A stretch of DNA of 33,487 nucleotides. Origin: an uncultured Bacilli bacterium (GTDB taxonomy: Bacteria > Bacillota_I > Bacilli_A > RF39 > UBA660). Position 1 is the first letter of the stretch. The number at the start of each line of letters is the position of its first letter. The DNA lies in the NCBI GenBank assembly GCA_947625715.1, contig CANQPR010000002.1, positions 1-33,487 of the forward strand, in the 5' to 3' direction. Positions 8,286 to 16,207 of the stretch are shown here, piece by piece. The notes under the pieces are model-generated. The model saw nothing but the letters and a program-made list of their open reading frames with translations, was not told where the DNA came from and ran no database searches. The translations under genes and the position numbers were made by a program.

Positions 8286-10250
8286 ATGTTTGGTAAAATT
8301 AAATTTATAAGTGAATCAGTAGCTCATGTAGAAAACACCTTAAGTTCAAATGAAACTACCGATTTAATGAATGTTCATGTTATATTTGAAGCTCCAAACC
8401 AAAGAATATTAGGGGAAATATCTGAAATAAATCCTGAAGAAATTAAAATCAATTTTTTAGGAGAGTATATAGATGACCGTTATGTCAATGGTGTTATTAG
8501 AAAACCTCTTTTATCTAGTAAAATTAGAATTATTAATGAAAAAGAATTGCAGAAATTGATTGGTGCCAAAAGTGATACTTCCTTTGAATTAGGCAAAAGT
8601 GCGATATATAAAAACTATATAGTATATCCATCTATTAATGATTTTTTCTCAAACCATTTTTTTATCTGTGGTAATTCCGGAGCTGGTAAAACGCATGGGG
8701 TATCAAGAATTATTCAAAATGTCTTTCAAAATCAAGATTTAGTTCAAAAAAATGCTAATATGTTTTTATTTGATGCCTATGGTGAATACAAAAATGCTTT
8801 TTCAAGCATTAATAAATATAATCCTGAATATCACTATAAATTTATAACTAGCCATATTCAAGATGAAACGGATGTTCCCCTTGAAATACCTGTTAGTTTA
8901 TTAAATTTAGATGATATGGCCCTTTTATTACAGGCTAGTTCTCATAGTCAACTTCCCATCATTGAAAGAACCATTCGTCTTGCCAAAATATTTAGTCAAA
9001 ATACTAAAGAAAGTGAAGAATATAAAAATCATTTAATTGCTAAAGCCTTACTAGCCATTTTATTTAGTAATCAAACAACTGCTCATAAAAAAAATGAAAT
9101 ATTTACAATCATTGAAACCTGTCATACCCCTGATTTTAACTTTGATTCTAAAATCGCTGGTCTTGGTTATACAAGAAGTTTTTCTGAATGCTTTGAAATA
9201 GATTCCAATGGTAATTTTGGTGAATCAGTATTAATAACCGATTATATTTTAAAACATGTTAATGATGCTTTAGAAGAAATGAAAGAACCGGAAATATACT
9301 CTTATTCTATGCTTGATTTTTCTAAAGCCTTAGAATTTACATTAATAAGTGAAGGCTTTCAAAACAACACTAAAGTATATGATGATGCTATTATCTTAAA
9401 AGTTCGAATTAGTACCATTTTAAATACTAAAGTAGGTAATTATTTTACTAATAATGGTTATACAACTAAAGAAGAATTTGTTAAAAGTTTAATTATGGAT
9501 AATAATCAAAAAGCCCAAATAATAAATATTAACTTAGAAGATGTTGATGATGTTTATGCTAAAGTAATAGTTAAAATAATATGTCGTATTATTTTTGAAT
9601 ACACCAAAAGTTTAAAAGACCGTGCTAGCTTACCATGTCATCTAATTTTAGAAGAAGCTCACCGTTACATTCAAAAAGATAATGATACTTTCTTACTTGG
9701 ATATAATATATTTGATAGAATAGCCAAAGAAGGTCGTAAATACGGAGCTATTTTAGGAATAATTTCGCAAAGACCTGTTGAAATAAGCGATACTGTTATT
9801 GCTCAAGTATCAAATTTCTTAATCTTTAAAATGACTCACCCTAAAGATTTAAAATATATTGAAGAAATGTTACCAAATATTTCCAGTGATGTTATTGAAA
9901 AACAAAAAACATTGCAACCTGGTAACTGTGTAGCCTTTGGTGGGGCTTTTAAAATACCAATGATTGTTCGCATGAATATGCCCGATCCACCTCCATATTC
10001 ATCAAACTGTAATGTATCTAAATGTTGGACTATGGAAAATAAATTTGCCGTTAATAGTGAGGTGACTAATCCTCCAATAAATACTCAAAATAATCCTTCA
10101 CCAATCGAAAATATTGATATCAATCAACCAAATAATAATCAAAATGAAACAGAAGTAAGTAGTAGTTCAAATCCAACTTTAAATTTCCAAACAGACCCAT
10201 TAAACAACCAAAGTAATAATATTCCTAAATTTATTAATCCTGGCTTTTAA
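8286..10250 (+). CDS. HerA/FtsK-superfamily (DUF87-like) P-loop ATPase with low-complexity C-terminal tail
   Basis: N-terminal barrel-like segment, Walker A GNSGAGKTH, Walker B HLILEEAHRY, and GRKYGAILGIISQRPVEISDTVIAQVSNFLIFKM, typical of HerA/DUF87. The last ~85 aa are N/Q/P/S-rich. Own TGTTACAAT extended -10 at 8252-8260. Confidence 0.7.
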   Translation: MFGKIKFISESVAHVENTLSSNETTDLMNVHVIFEAPNQRILGEISEINPEEIKINFLGEYIDDRYVNGVIRKPLLSSKIRIINEKELQKLIGAKSDTSFELGKSAIYKNYIVYPSINDFFSNHFFICGNSGAGKTHGVSRIIQNVFQNQDLVQKNANMFLFDAYGEYKNAFSSINKYNPEYHYKFITSHIQDETDVPLEIPVSLLNLDDMALLLQASSHSQLPIIERTIRLAKIFSQNTKESEEYKNHLIAKALLAILFSNQTTAHKKNEIFTIIETCHTPDFNFDSKIAGLGYTRSFSECFEIDSNGNFGESVLITDYILKHVNDALEEMKEPEIYSYSMLDFSKALEFTLISEGFQNNTKVYDDAIILKVRISTILNTKVGNYFTNNGYTTKEEFVKSLIMDNNQKAQIININLEDVDDVYAKVIVKIICRIIFEYTKSLKDRASLPCHLILEEAHRYIQKDNDTFLLGYNIFDRIAKEGRKYGAILGIISQRPVEISDTVIAQVSNFLIFKMTHPKDLKYIEEMLPNISSDVIEKQKTLQPGNCVAFGGAFKIPMIVRMNMPDPPPYSSNCNVSKCWTMENKFAVNSEVTNPPINTQNNPSPIENIDINQPNNNQNETEVSSSSNPTLNFQTDPLNNQSNNIPKFINPGF

Positions 10251-10258
10251 ATTAGTCC

Positions 10259-10287
10259 TTGTTAAATAAAAAAGTTGATGATATAAT
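10259..10287 (+). promoter_or_regulatory. sigma-A type promoter of the putative 6S RNA
   Basis: TTGTTA (10259-10264), 17-nt spacer, TATAAT (10282-10287), with TG at 10279-10280 (extended -10). Confidence 0.55.
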
Positions 10288-10293
10288 TAAATT

Positions 10294-10467
10294 ACCAGAA
10301 GATAAGTAAGATTTGCATAAAACCGACTATGGTGATACTTGGGAGTCAGAACTCTATACGGTGTAGAAGACTAATCCATTAAGTGAATTAGGATCCTAAA
10401 ATATAGATGAGATGCCCACCTGCTGATGAGCGGGATTTTATCACACTTGCTTACTTTTGGTTTTTTT
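10294..10467 (+). ncRNA. ssrS: putative 6S RNA (B. subtilis bsrA/6S-1 position, upstream of tcdA/yrvM)
   Basis: About 175 nt with no ORF. It folds as one long interrupted hairpin with large internal loops and ends in TTTTGGTTTTTTT. The paired segments are:
- AAGTAAG (10304-10310) / CTTACTT (10450-10456)
- GTGATA (10332-10337) / TATCAC (10439-10444)
- TGGG (10340-10343) / CCCA (10415-10418)
- TCTATA (10353-10358) / TATAGA (10402-10407)
- apical CTAAT (10371-10375) / ATTAG (10387-10391)

The location matches the aspS-yrvM intergenic home of B. subtilis 6S-1. Confidence 0.55.
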
Positions 10468-10480
10468 ATGGGAGGAAAAA

Positions 10481-11140
10481 ATGTTTGAGAGATTAGAATA
10501 TTTAATTCCCCTTGCCAAATTAACTGATTTAAATGTTTTATTAATTGGGCTTGGCGGAGTAGGGGGATATGCTTTAGAATGTTTAATTAGAAGTGGTATT
10601 AAAAACATCACTGTAGTTGATTATGATGTATTTGAACTATCAAATTTAAATCGACAAATCCTTGCTAATATAAATAATATTGGTGAAAAAAAAGTTGAGG
10701 AAGCCAAAAAGCATGCCAAATCTATTTTAAAAAACGTAAACATCACTGCCCTTGATGAAAAATTAACACCATTTAATATCGAAGAATTATTAAAAAATAA
10801 CTATGATTATATAATTGATGCTTGTGATGATATAAAAGTTAAAACCAAACTTATTATTTTAGCCCATGAAAAAAAATTAAATTTAATTAGTTGTATGGGT
10901 ACCGCAAATAAGTTAAATCCTCATCTTTTTGAAATAACTACGCTTAATAAAACTTATAATGACCCCATTGCCAAAAAATTACGTGCTAATTTAGATAAAA
11001 AATACCATAAAGTAAAAGTTGTATGGAGTAGTGAATTAAGTAAAAAACAAAAAGAATTAGGTACAATTTGTCCAATACCAATGATAGCTGGAGCTTATTT
11101 AGCTAGTTATGTTATCAATGACGCTATTAAAAAAAGCTAG
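10481..11140 (+). CDS. tcdA: tRNA threonylcarbamoyladenosine dehydratase (ThiF/MoeB family, YrvM/TcdA-like)
   Basis: Rossmann motif LIGLGGVGGYALECLIRSG...VVDYD...SNLNRQ. GGAGG RBS 5 nt upstream of the ATG at 10481, so the TTG at 10457 in the ORF track is unlikely. Neighbour of rarA, as in Bacillus. Confidence 0.75.
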   Translation: MFERLEYLIPLAKLTDLNVLLIGLGGVGGYALECLIRSGIKNITVVDYDVFELSNLNRQILANINNIGEKKVEEAKKHAKSILKNVNITALDEKLTPFNIEELLKNNYDYIIDACDDIKVKTKLIILAHEKKLNLISCMGTANKLNPHLFEITTLNKTYNDPIAKKLRANLDKKYHKVKVVWSSELSKKQKELGTICPIPMIAGAYLASYVINDAIKKS

Positions 11141-11143
11141 TTA

Positions 11144-12034
11144 TTATTTTTCTAAATAAGATAAAATAATATCTGGCTTTTTTTGTTTATTTAAGACTTC
11201 ATCTAATAAATTAATAATGATTAATTCATAATTATGTAATTGTAAATATTCTTTTAAATTATTAAACATTTGCCAACCTTCAACAGTATTCTTTTCTAAA
11301 AACGTTTTTGCTTCTTTAGAATTTTTAACAAGAAGCGTACCATAGGTGTAATTACGAGATTTGCTAGAGGAAGCCGTTAAAAAATAATCTCCTAACTCTC
11401 CATAAGAAAAACTTTTTTCCTTAGTTACTTTAAGGCTTTCTTGTAAGGCTTTAACTAAAAAAGAAATAACCGTTGAATAAGAATTAGTTAATTGCCAAAT
11501 GATGCCTGATGCAAGAGCAATAATATTTTTATAAATACTCATAAATTGTAAATTTAATTCACTGCTTGCTATATCAACAATTGCCCTATTCAAAAACAAA
11601 TTGTTAAATATACCCATATCATCACTAGATAGGCTAAAGAAAGCTTTTTTAGCCTTATTTATATCACTAGCAATCGTCGGACCTGAAAAAAAATAAATTT
11701 GATTAGATAATTCCTTTTTAGTATAAGAAAGTAAAAAATTATTTTTAACCATTCCCTTTGTCCCAATATAAATAATGGTTTTATCATCAATATCGTCTTT
11801 TAAATTATCTATTGTTTGTTCATAAAAAGAAGATGAAATTAAAAGAAATACGATATCAGCATTAATTAGGGCATCTTTAAAAGAATTAGTATATGAAATA
11901 TTTAAATTTTTTTTCAAAGTCGGTATTAAATTCTCATCATGGACCCACATTTTTAAATGATTATGGGTATTGTAACTTAATAATTTTGCTATAGACATAC
12001 TATATACACCACAGCCTATTAAAGTAATATTCAT
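11144..12034 (-). CDS. divergent NAD(P)H-dependent glycerol-3-phosphate dehydrogenase family protein (GpsA-like)
   Basis: Blocks align to GpsA: ITLIGCGVYSMSIA, GTKGM, FSGPTIASDI, YKNIIALASGI, LGDYFLTASSSKSRNYTYG, TVEGW. The start overlaps the rarA stop (TAATG). Confidence 0.6.
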   Translation of the reverse strand: MNITLIGCGVYSMSIAKLLSYNTHNHLKMWVHDENLIPTLKKNLNISYTNSFKDALINADIVFLLISSSFYEQTIDNLKDDIDDKTIIYIGTKGMVKNNFLLSYTKKELSNQIYFFSGPTIASDINKAKKAFFSLSSDDMGIFNNLFLNRAIVDIASSELNLQFMSIYKNIIALASGIIWQLTNSYSTVISFLVKALQESLKVTKEKSFSYGELGDYFLTASSSKSRNYTYGTLLVKNSKEAKTFLEKNTVEGWQMFNNLKEYLQLHNYELIIINLLDEVLNKQKKPDIILSYLEK

Positions 12035-13233
12035 TATTTTTCGCCTCGCATTTCTTGATATAGTTTATATAAATTCATTTCATATTTATTATTTTTGGGT
12101 TGATAGTATTTTTTGCCTATTAAACCACTTGGCATATAATTTTGTTTAACATAACTATGGGGATAATTATGGGGATATAAATAAGTTTTAGATGTAGTTT
12201 TTATATTATCGGGAACATTACCTGTGCTTCCTTTTTTAATATCGTTTAAAGCTTCATCAAAAGCGAGGTGTGCTGAATTAGACTTAGGAGATAAAGCCAT
12301 TTCCGTAACAATTGTTCCTAAAGGAATTCTTGCTTCTGGTAACCCAACTAAATTAGCGGCATTAATCGCAGCCATTAATTTAGGTCCTAATGAAGGGTTA
12401 GCTAGACCAATATCTTCATAACAAATAACACTTAATCTTCTATATATTATATCTAAATCACCCGCACTAACCAATCTAGCTAAATAATGAAGGGAAGCAT
12501 CAACATCACTTCCACGAATTGATTTTTGTAAAGCTGATAACACATCGAAATGTCCATCACCATCTTTGTCATGGAAAAAAATTGGTTTTGCGCCTATATT
12601 TTTTAATACTGAAAGGGTTATATGATGATTTTCACTACTATAATAAGCTACCTCTAAAAGGGAAATCGCATTTCTTAAATCGCCGGAACTTGATTCTATA
12701 AGATATTTTAAAGCTTCATTATCAATATCTATTCCTTCTAAAAATTGACAAGCTTTTTTAACACCCTTTAAAATATCGTCAAACCCTAATTCATGCAATT
12801 CATATAATTGAACTCGGCTTCTAATTGCCGGATTAATAGAGTAATAAGGATTAGAGGTAGTAAGACCAATTAAAGTTATTAAGCCACTTTCAATATATGG
12901 TAATAATATATCTTGTTTATCTTTATTCATGCGATGTATTTCATCAATAACTAATATTTCTTCACCATTCATTTTGGCTTCCTCAATAGCCATTAAAAAA
13001 TCTTCTTTTTTATTGATGGTTGCATTCATAAAACGATAGGGAACATTAAGTTCATTTACAATAGCATTAGCAATACTTGTTTTTCCTATTCCTGGTTTAC
13101 CATATAAAATCATTGAAAATAAATGTTTATTCATAACAAGTTCATATAATACTTTTCCTTTTAAAACTAAATGGTCTTGCCCAATAATATCACTTAACTT
13201 ATTAGGACGCATTTTATTTGCTAAATTTTCCAT
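12034..13233 (-). CDS. rarA: replication-associated recombination protein A (MgsA/RarA/YrvN AAA+ ATPase)
   Basis: MRPNKLSDIIGQDHL, Walker A GKPGIGKTS, VIDEIHRMNK, and the conserved C-terminal SALQKSIRGSDVDASLHYLARL...GDL. A GGAGG RBS supports the ATG at 13233 (MENLANK) rather than 13287. Confidence 0.9.
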   Translation of the reverse strand: MENLANKMRPNKLSDIIGQDHLVLKGKVLYELVMNKHLFSMILYGKPGIGKTSIANAIVNELNVPYRFMNATINKKEDFLMAIEEAKMNGEEILVIDEIHRMNKDKQDILLPYIESGLITLIGLTTSNPYYSINPAIRSRVQLYELHELGFDDILKGVKKACQFLEGIDIDNEALKYLIESSSGDLRNAISLLEVAYYSSENHHITLSVLKNIGAKPIFFHDKDGDGHFDVLSALQKSIRGSDVDASLHYLARLVSAGDLDIIYRRLSVICYEDIGLANPSLGPKLMAAINAANLVGLPEARIPLGTIVTEMALSPKSNSAHLAFDEALNDIKKGSTGNVPDNIKTTSKTYLYPHNYPHSYVKQNYMPSGLIGKKYYQPKNNKYEMNLYKLYQEMRGEK

Positions 13234-13320
13234 TTTTCTTCCTCCAACAATATTATAACAAAAGAACATGTGTTTGACAATTTTCAAATAGTTTTATATA
13301 CTAAAAAGAGAGTGATAATA

Positions 13321-14202
13321 ATGAATGAAAAAGCCATTATAAGATATTTTGAACACTTAAAATATGAAAAAAAATTAAGTGAAAACACCCAAAATTCCTA
13401 TCAAGAAGAATTAATGACAATCATAGATTTTTTTCACAATAAAAGTCCTTTAACATACACTTCCTGTGACATAAACCAATTTTTAAAATACTTGGATGAT
13501 AAACATTATCAATCAACAACTAAAGCCCATTATATAACAGTATTAAATAATTTTTATTTATTTTGTATAAAAGAAGGTTATCTAAATAAAAATCCTTGTG
13601 AAAATATTTTTATGCCCAAATTAACCAAGCATTTACCTGATATTTTAAATTATGAGGAAATAGATAGATTATTAGATATTCCTTTAAATAACGCTTATGA
13701 TTATCGAACTAAAGCTATGTTAGAATTAAATTATGCTTGCGGTTTAAGAGTAAGTGAATTAACTCATTTAAAATTACAAGATATTGATTATCAAAACGAA
13801 ATATTAAGAATAATAGGGAAGGGGAGTAAAGAAAGAATTGTTCCTTATAATCAAACTAGTAAAAAATTTCTGTTAAAATATATAAATGACTATCGAAAAA
13901 ATTTAATAAAAAAAGGGAAAAATTGTGACTATGTTTTTTTAAATAACTTAGGAACAGGAATATCAAGACAAGGTTATTTTAAAATATTAAAACAATGTGC
14001 GACTAAAGCTAACATAAAAAAAACAATAAGCCCTCATACCCTTAGACATTCTTTTGCTACCCACTTACTAGAAAATGGTGCTGATTTAAGAGTTATTCAA
14101 GAATTTTTAGGCCATAGTGACATATCGACTACTCAAATATATACCCATTTATCCCAAGAAAAAATTAAAAAAGAATACAATGAATGTCATCCAAGAGCAT
14201 AA
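13321..14202 (+). CDS. xerD: site-specific tyrosine recombinase XerD (XerC/XerD family)
   Basis: Catalytic RHRY constellation: CGLRVSEL, HTLRHSFATHLL, LGHSDISTTQIYTH. SAM-like N-terminal domain. ATG at 13321 preferred over 13270. Confidence 0.8.
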   Translation: MNEKAIIRYFEHLKYEKKLSENTQNSYQEELMTIIDFFHNKSPLTYTSCDINQFLKYLDDKHYQSTTKAHYITVLNNFYLFCIKEGYLNKNPCENIFMPKLTKHLPDILNYEEIDRLLDIPLNNAYDYRTKAMLELNYACGLRVSELTHLKLQDIDYQNEILRIIGKGSKERIVPYNQTSKKFLLKYINDYRKNLIKKGKNCDYVFLNNLGTGISRQGYFKILKQCATKANIKKTISPHTLRHSFATHLLENGADLRVIQEFLGHSDISTTQIYTHLSQEKIKKEYNECHPRA

Positions 14203-14231
14203 AAAGAAGGAATTAATGTCATTCCTTCTTT
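14203..14231. terminator. bidirectional rho-independent terminator between xerD and the small basic peptide gene
   Basis: 11-bp perfect stem AAAGAAGGAAT (14203-14213) / ATTCCTTCTTT (14221-14231) with a 7-nt loop. A-run on one side and T-run on the other. Confidence 0.65.
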
Positions 14232-14235
14232 ATAA

Positions 14236-14391
14236 TTAACAAGTACGATTATTTTTGTTTTCTTCATTTCTAGAACTTTCATTTCTTCTAGAATTTTCAT
14301 TTTTTCTAGAACTTTCGTTTTTTCTAGAATTTTCGTTTCTTCTTTGATTATTTGAAGAACGGTTTTCATTACGACTTTCATTTCTTTTCAT
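14236..14391 (-). CDS. 51-aa highly basic, disordered tandem-repeat peptide (MKRNESRNENRSSNNQRRNENSRKNESSRKNENSRRNESSRNEENKNNRTC)
   Basis: Hand-translated and absent from the ORF track. ATG at 14391-14389 with GGGAGG (14400-14405) 8 nt upstream; stop at 14238-14236, followed by the terminator hairpin. Four in-frame 18-nt repeats encode NE(N/S)SR(K/R). Confidence 0.55.
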   Translation of the reverse strand: MKRNESRNENRSSNNQRRNENSRKNESSRKNENSRRNESSRNEENKNNRTC

Positions 14392-14498
14392 AATTTTTAC
14401 CTCCCAATAGTATTATGAGATGTTTTTTTAATATCATACTTAATTTTCATTGCCAATGTTTGGTATTTTTAGTAAAATAAACATCAAGGAATGATGAA

Positions 14499-15413
14499 AT
14501 GAAAAAGTATTATTTAATGTATTTTTTTAATGGTAAAATGAATTTAATTTCCCATACTAAATATAATGATATTGTACAAATAGACAATATGACTTTTAAT
14601 AAAACGAAATCTGAATTCATTAATAGTTTGGGATATGCAAAAGATTTAAGTAACAATGATTTATTTATTGTTGAAGTAAAAAAAGATAGTAATAACGAAT
14701 ATATTATCAATTTTCATGATGTTTTATTTAAACAAAATCAAGAACGTTTAAACTTAACTATTCAAAAAAACATTTTAATTAAATTAAATGATACAGTTAA
14801 TAAAACAGTAACACCAATGGTTATTGATGATAGCTATTTAAATTTATTACTAACTAAATCTTTATCCGATGGTAAATTAAAAAAATATTTAATTAGTAAA
14901 GAATCTATCATGCCCTTTAAACTTAAAGAATATTTTAAAAAACTAGACAACTTTAATTACCTTTTTTATTATTATAAATTTAAAGAAAAACTTGGTAATT
15001 ATTCAGATTTTCGAAAGTTTATGACCTCTTATATTAAATATTATGATCATGATTTAACAAGAGCAAATGTTCCTAATTTTGATTTAAATGTTCCTTTTAA
15101 TGGCTATATCTTCGATTTAGATGATAATGAATATTATACTTCTTATGAGGCTTTTATGATAAACAATGACCATGAATATGAACAACAAAAACTAAAAGAA
15201 ATTACTTATTTAGATGAAATCAAAGCAAAGCCTTTTTATGATGCGAAAATAAATGAAGCCTATATAAGTGGGGGAGTAAAAGAAGTTTATCATCAATTTG
15301 ATACTGATTATATATATTCATTACCAGATGAAGATTTATTAAAATTAGGTATTTTAACTGACCATGAATATTTAAAACGAAATCCTATTTCAAGAAAAAA
15401 TAATAAACCCTAA
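14499..15413 (+). CDS. hypothetical protein, no recognisable family
   Basis: 304-aa ORF with an AAGGA RBS 7 nt upstream of the ATG. No TM helix or signal peptide. K/N/Y/D-rich. No motif I can place. Confidence 0.6.
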   Translation: MKKYYLMYFFNGKMNLISHTKYNDIVQIDNMTFNKTKSEFINSLGYAKDLSNNDLFIVEVKKDSNNEYIINFHDVLFKQNQERLNLTIQKNILIKLNDTVNKTVTPMVIDDSYLNLLLTKSLSDGKLKKYLISKESIMPFKLKEYFKKLDNFNYLFYYYKFKEKLGNYSDFRKFMTSYIKYYDHDLTRANVPNFDLNVPFNGYIFDLDDNEYYTSYEAFMINNDHEYEQQKLKEITYLDEIKAKPFYDAKINEAYISGGVKEVYHQFDTDYIYSLPDEDLLKLGILTDHEYLKRNPISRKNNKP

Positions 15414-15445
15414 AAAATTTCATATATTTAAATAGGTGAGGGCTT

Positions 15446-16192
15446 TTGAGAATAATAATATCACTTTTAATCTCTTTAATTGCTGGTTTATCAACTGTTG
15501 TTGGCGCATGTATTATCTTATTTAAAATTCCAAATAAATATATTAATAAATTTATTGCTTTATCATTAGCTTTTTCTTTAACTATAATGATTGGTATATC
15601 AATTAGTGAACTTATACCAGAAGCAACTTTTGCCATATTAAGTGAATTTAAACTTGTTAAAGGTATTATTGTTTCTTTATTTTTCTTTATTATTGGTGTC
15701 ATATTAATTTTAAAAATTAACCAAAAAATCAATACTTCCTATGATGATTTATATCGCCTAGGAATATTATCAATGCTTGCTTTAATGCTTCATAATATGC
15801 CAGAGGGGATAGTAACATTCCTAAGTTCCTATCAAAATATAAATTTAGGTTTAAAATTAAGTCTTGCTATAATGTTTCATAATATTCCTGAGGGGATAAG
15901 TATCGCTATACCTATATATTACGCTACAAAAAGCAAAAAAAAGGCCTTTAAAATGACTTTTATATCTGGTTTAGCTGAACCAATCGGGGCTTTAATTGCA
16001 TATTTATTTTTAAGTAAATATATTACAGATTCTTTAATTGGATTTATTTTGTTATTAGTATCAGGAATTATGATAACATTATCAATTCATGATTTATTAC
16101 CTAAAGCTAAAAAATATCATGAAGACAAATATATATTAATTGGGATAATATCTGGAGTAGTATTGTTATTAATTAATTACTATCTTTTTTAA
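15446..16192 (+). CDS. zupT: ZIP-family divalent metal (zinc) transporter ZupT
   Basis: Polytopic, with the paired motifs HNMPEGIVTF and HNIPEGISIAIP. TTG start preceded by AGGTGAGGG. Confidence 0.85.
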   Translation: MRIIISLLISLIAGLSTVVGACIILFKIPNKYINKFIALSLAFSLTIMIGISISELIPEATFAILSEFKLVKGIIVSLFFFIIGVILILKINQKINTSYDDLYRLGILSMLALMLHNMPEGIVTFLSSYQNINLGLKLSLAIMFHNIPEGISIAIPIYYATKSKKKAFKMTFISGLAEPIGALIAYLFLSKYITDSLIGFILLLVSGIMITLSIHDLLPKAKKYHEDKYILIGIISGVVLLLINYYLF

Positions 16193-16207
16193 TAAAATAT
16201 AAATGCT

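Noticed and set aside
10290-10470. T-box leader or TPP riboswitch controlling the ThiF-family gene.
   Set aside because: There is no T-box sequence (GGGTGGTACCGCG-like), specifier-loop architecture or TPP CTGAGA / ACCTGATCTGG elements. The downstream gene is TcdA-like rather than ThiF proper. The rod-like fold and synteny fit 6S RNA better.
14268-14335. The TTCnnGAAnnTTC periodicity of the 18-bp repeats looks like eukaryotic heat-shock elements, and the repeats contain XbaI-type palindromes.
   Set aside because: HSEs have no known bacterial role. The pattern follows automatically from the repeated codons GAA-AGT/AAT-TCT-AGA. It is kept only as an alternative DNA-site hypothesis in the corresponding finding.
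14187-14381. 64-aa ORF (MKVVMKTVLQIIKEETKILEK...) offered by the ORF track over the 18-bp repeat region.
   Set aside because: Its ATG has no properly spaced RBS. It reads through the terminator hairpin and into the 3' end of xerD. The alternative 51-aa frame has GGGAGG at 8 nt and stops before the hairpin.
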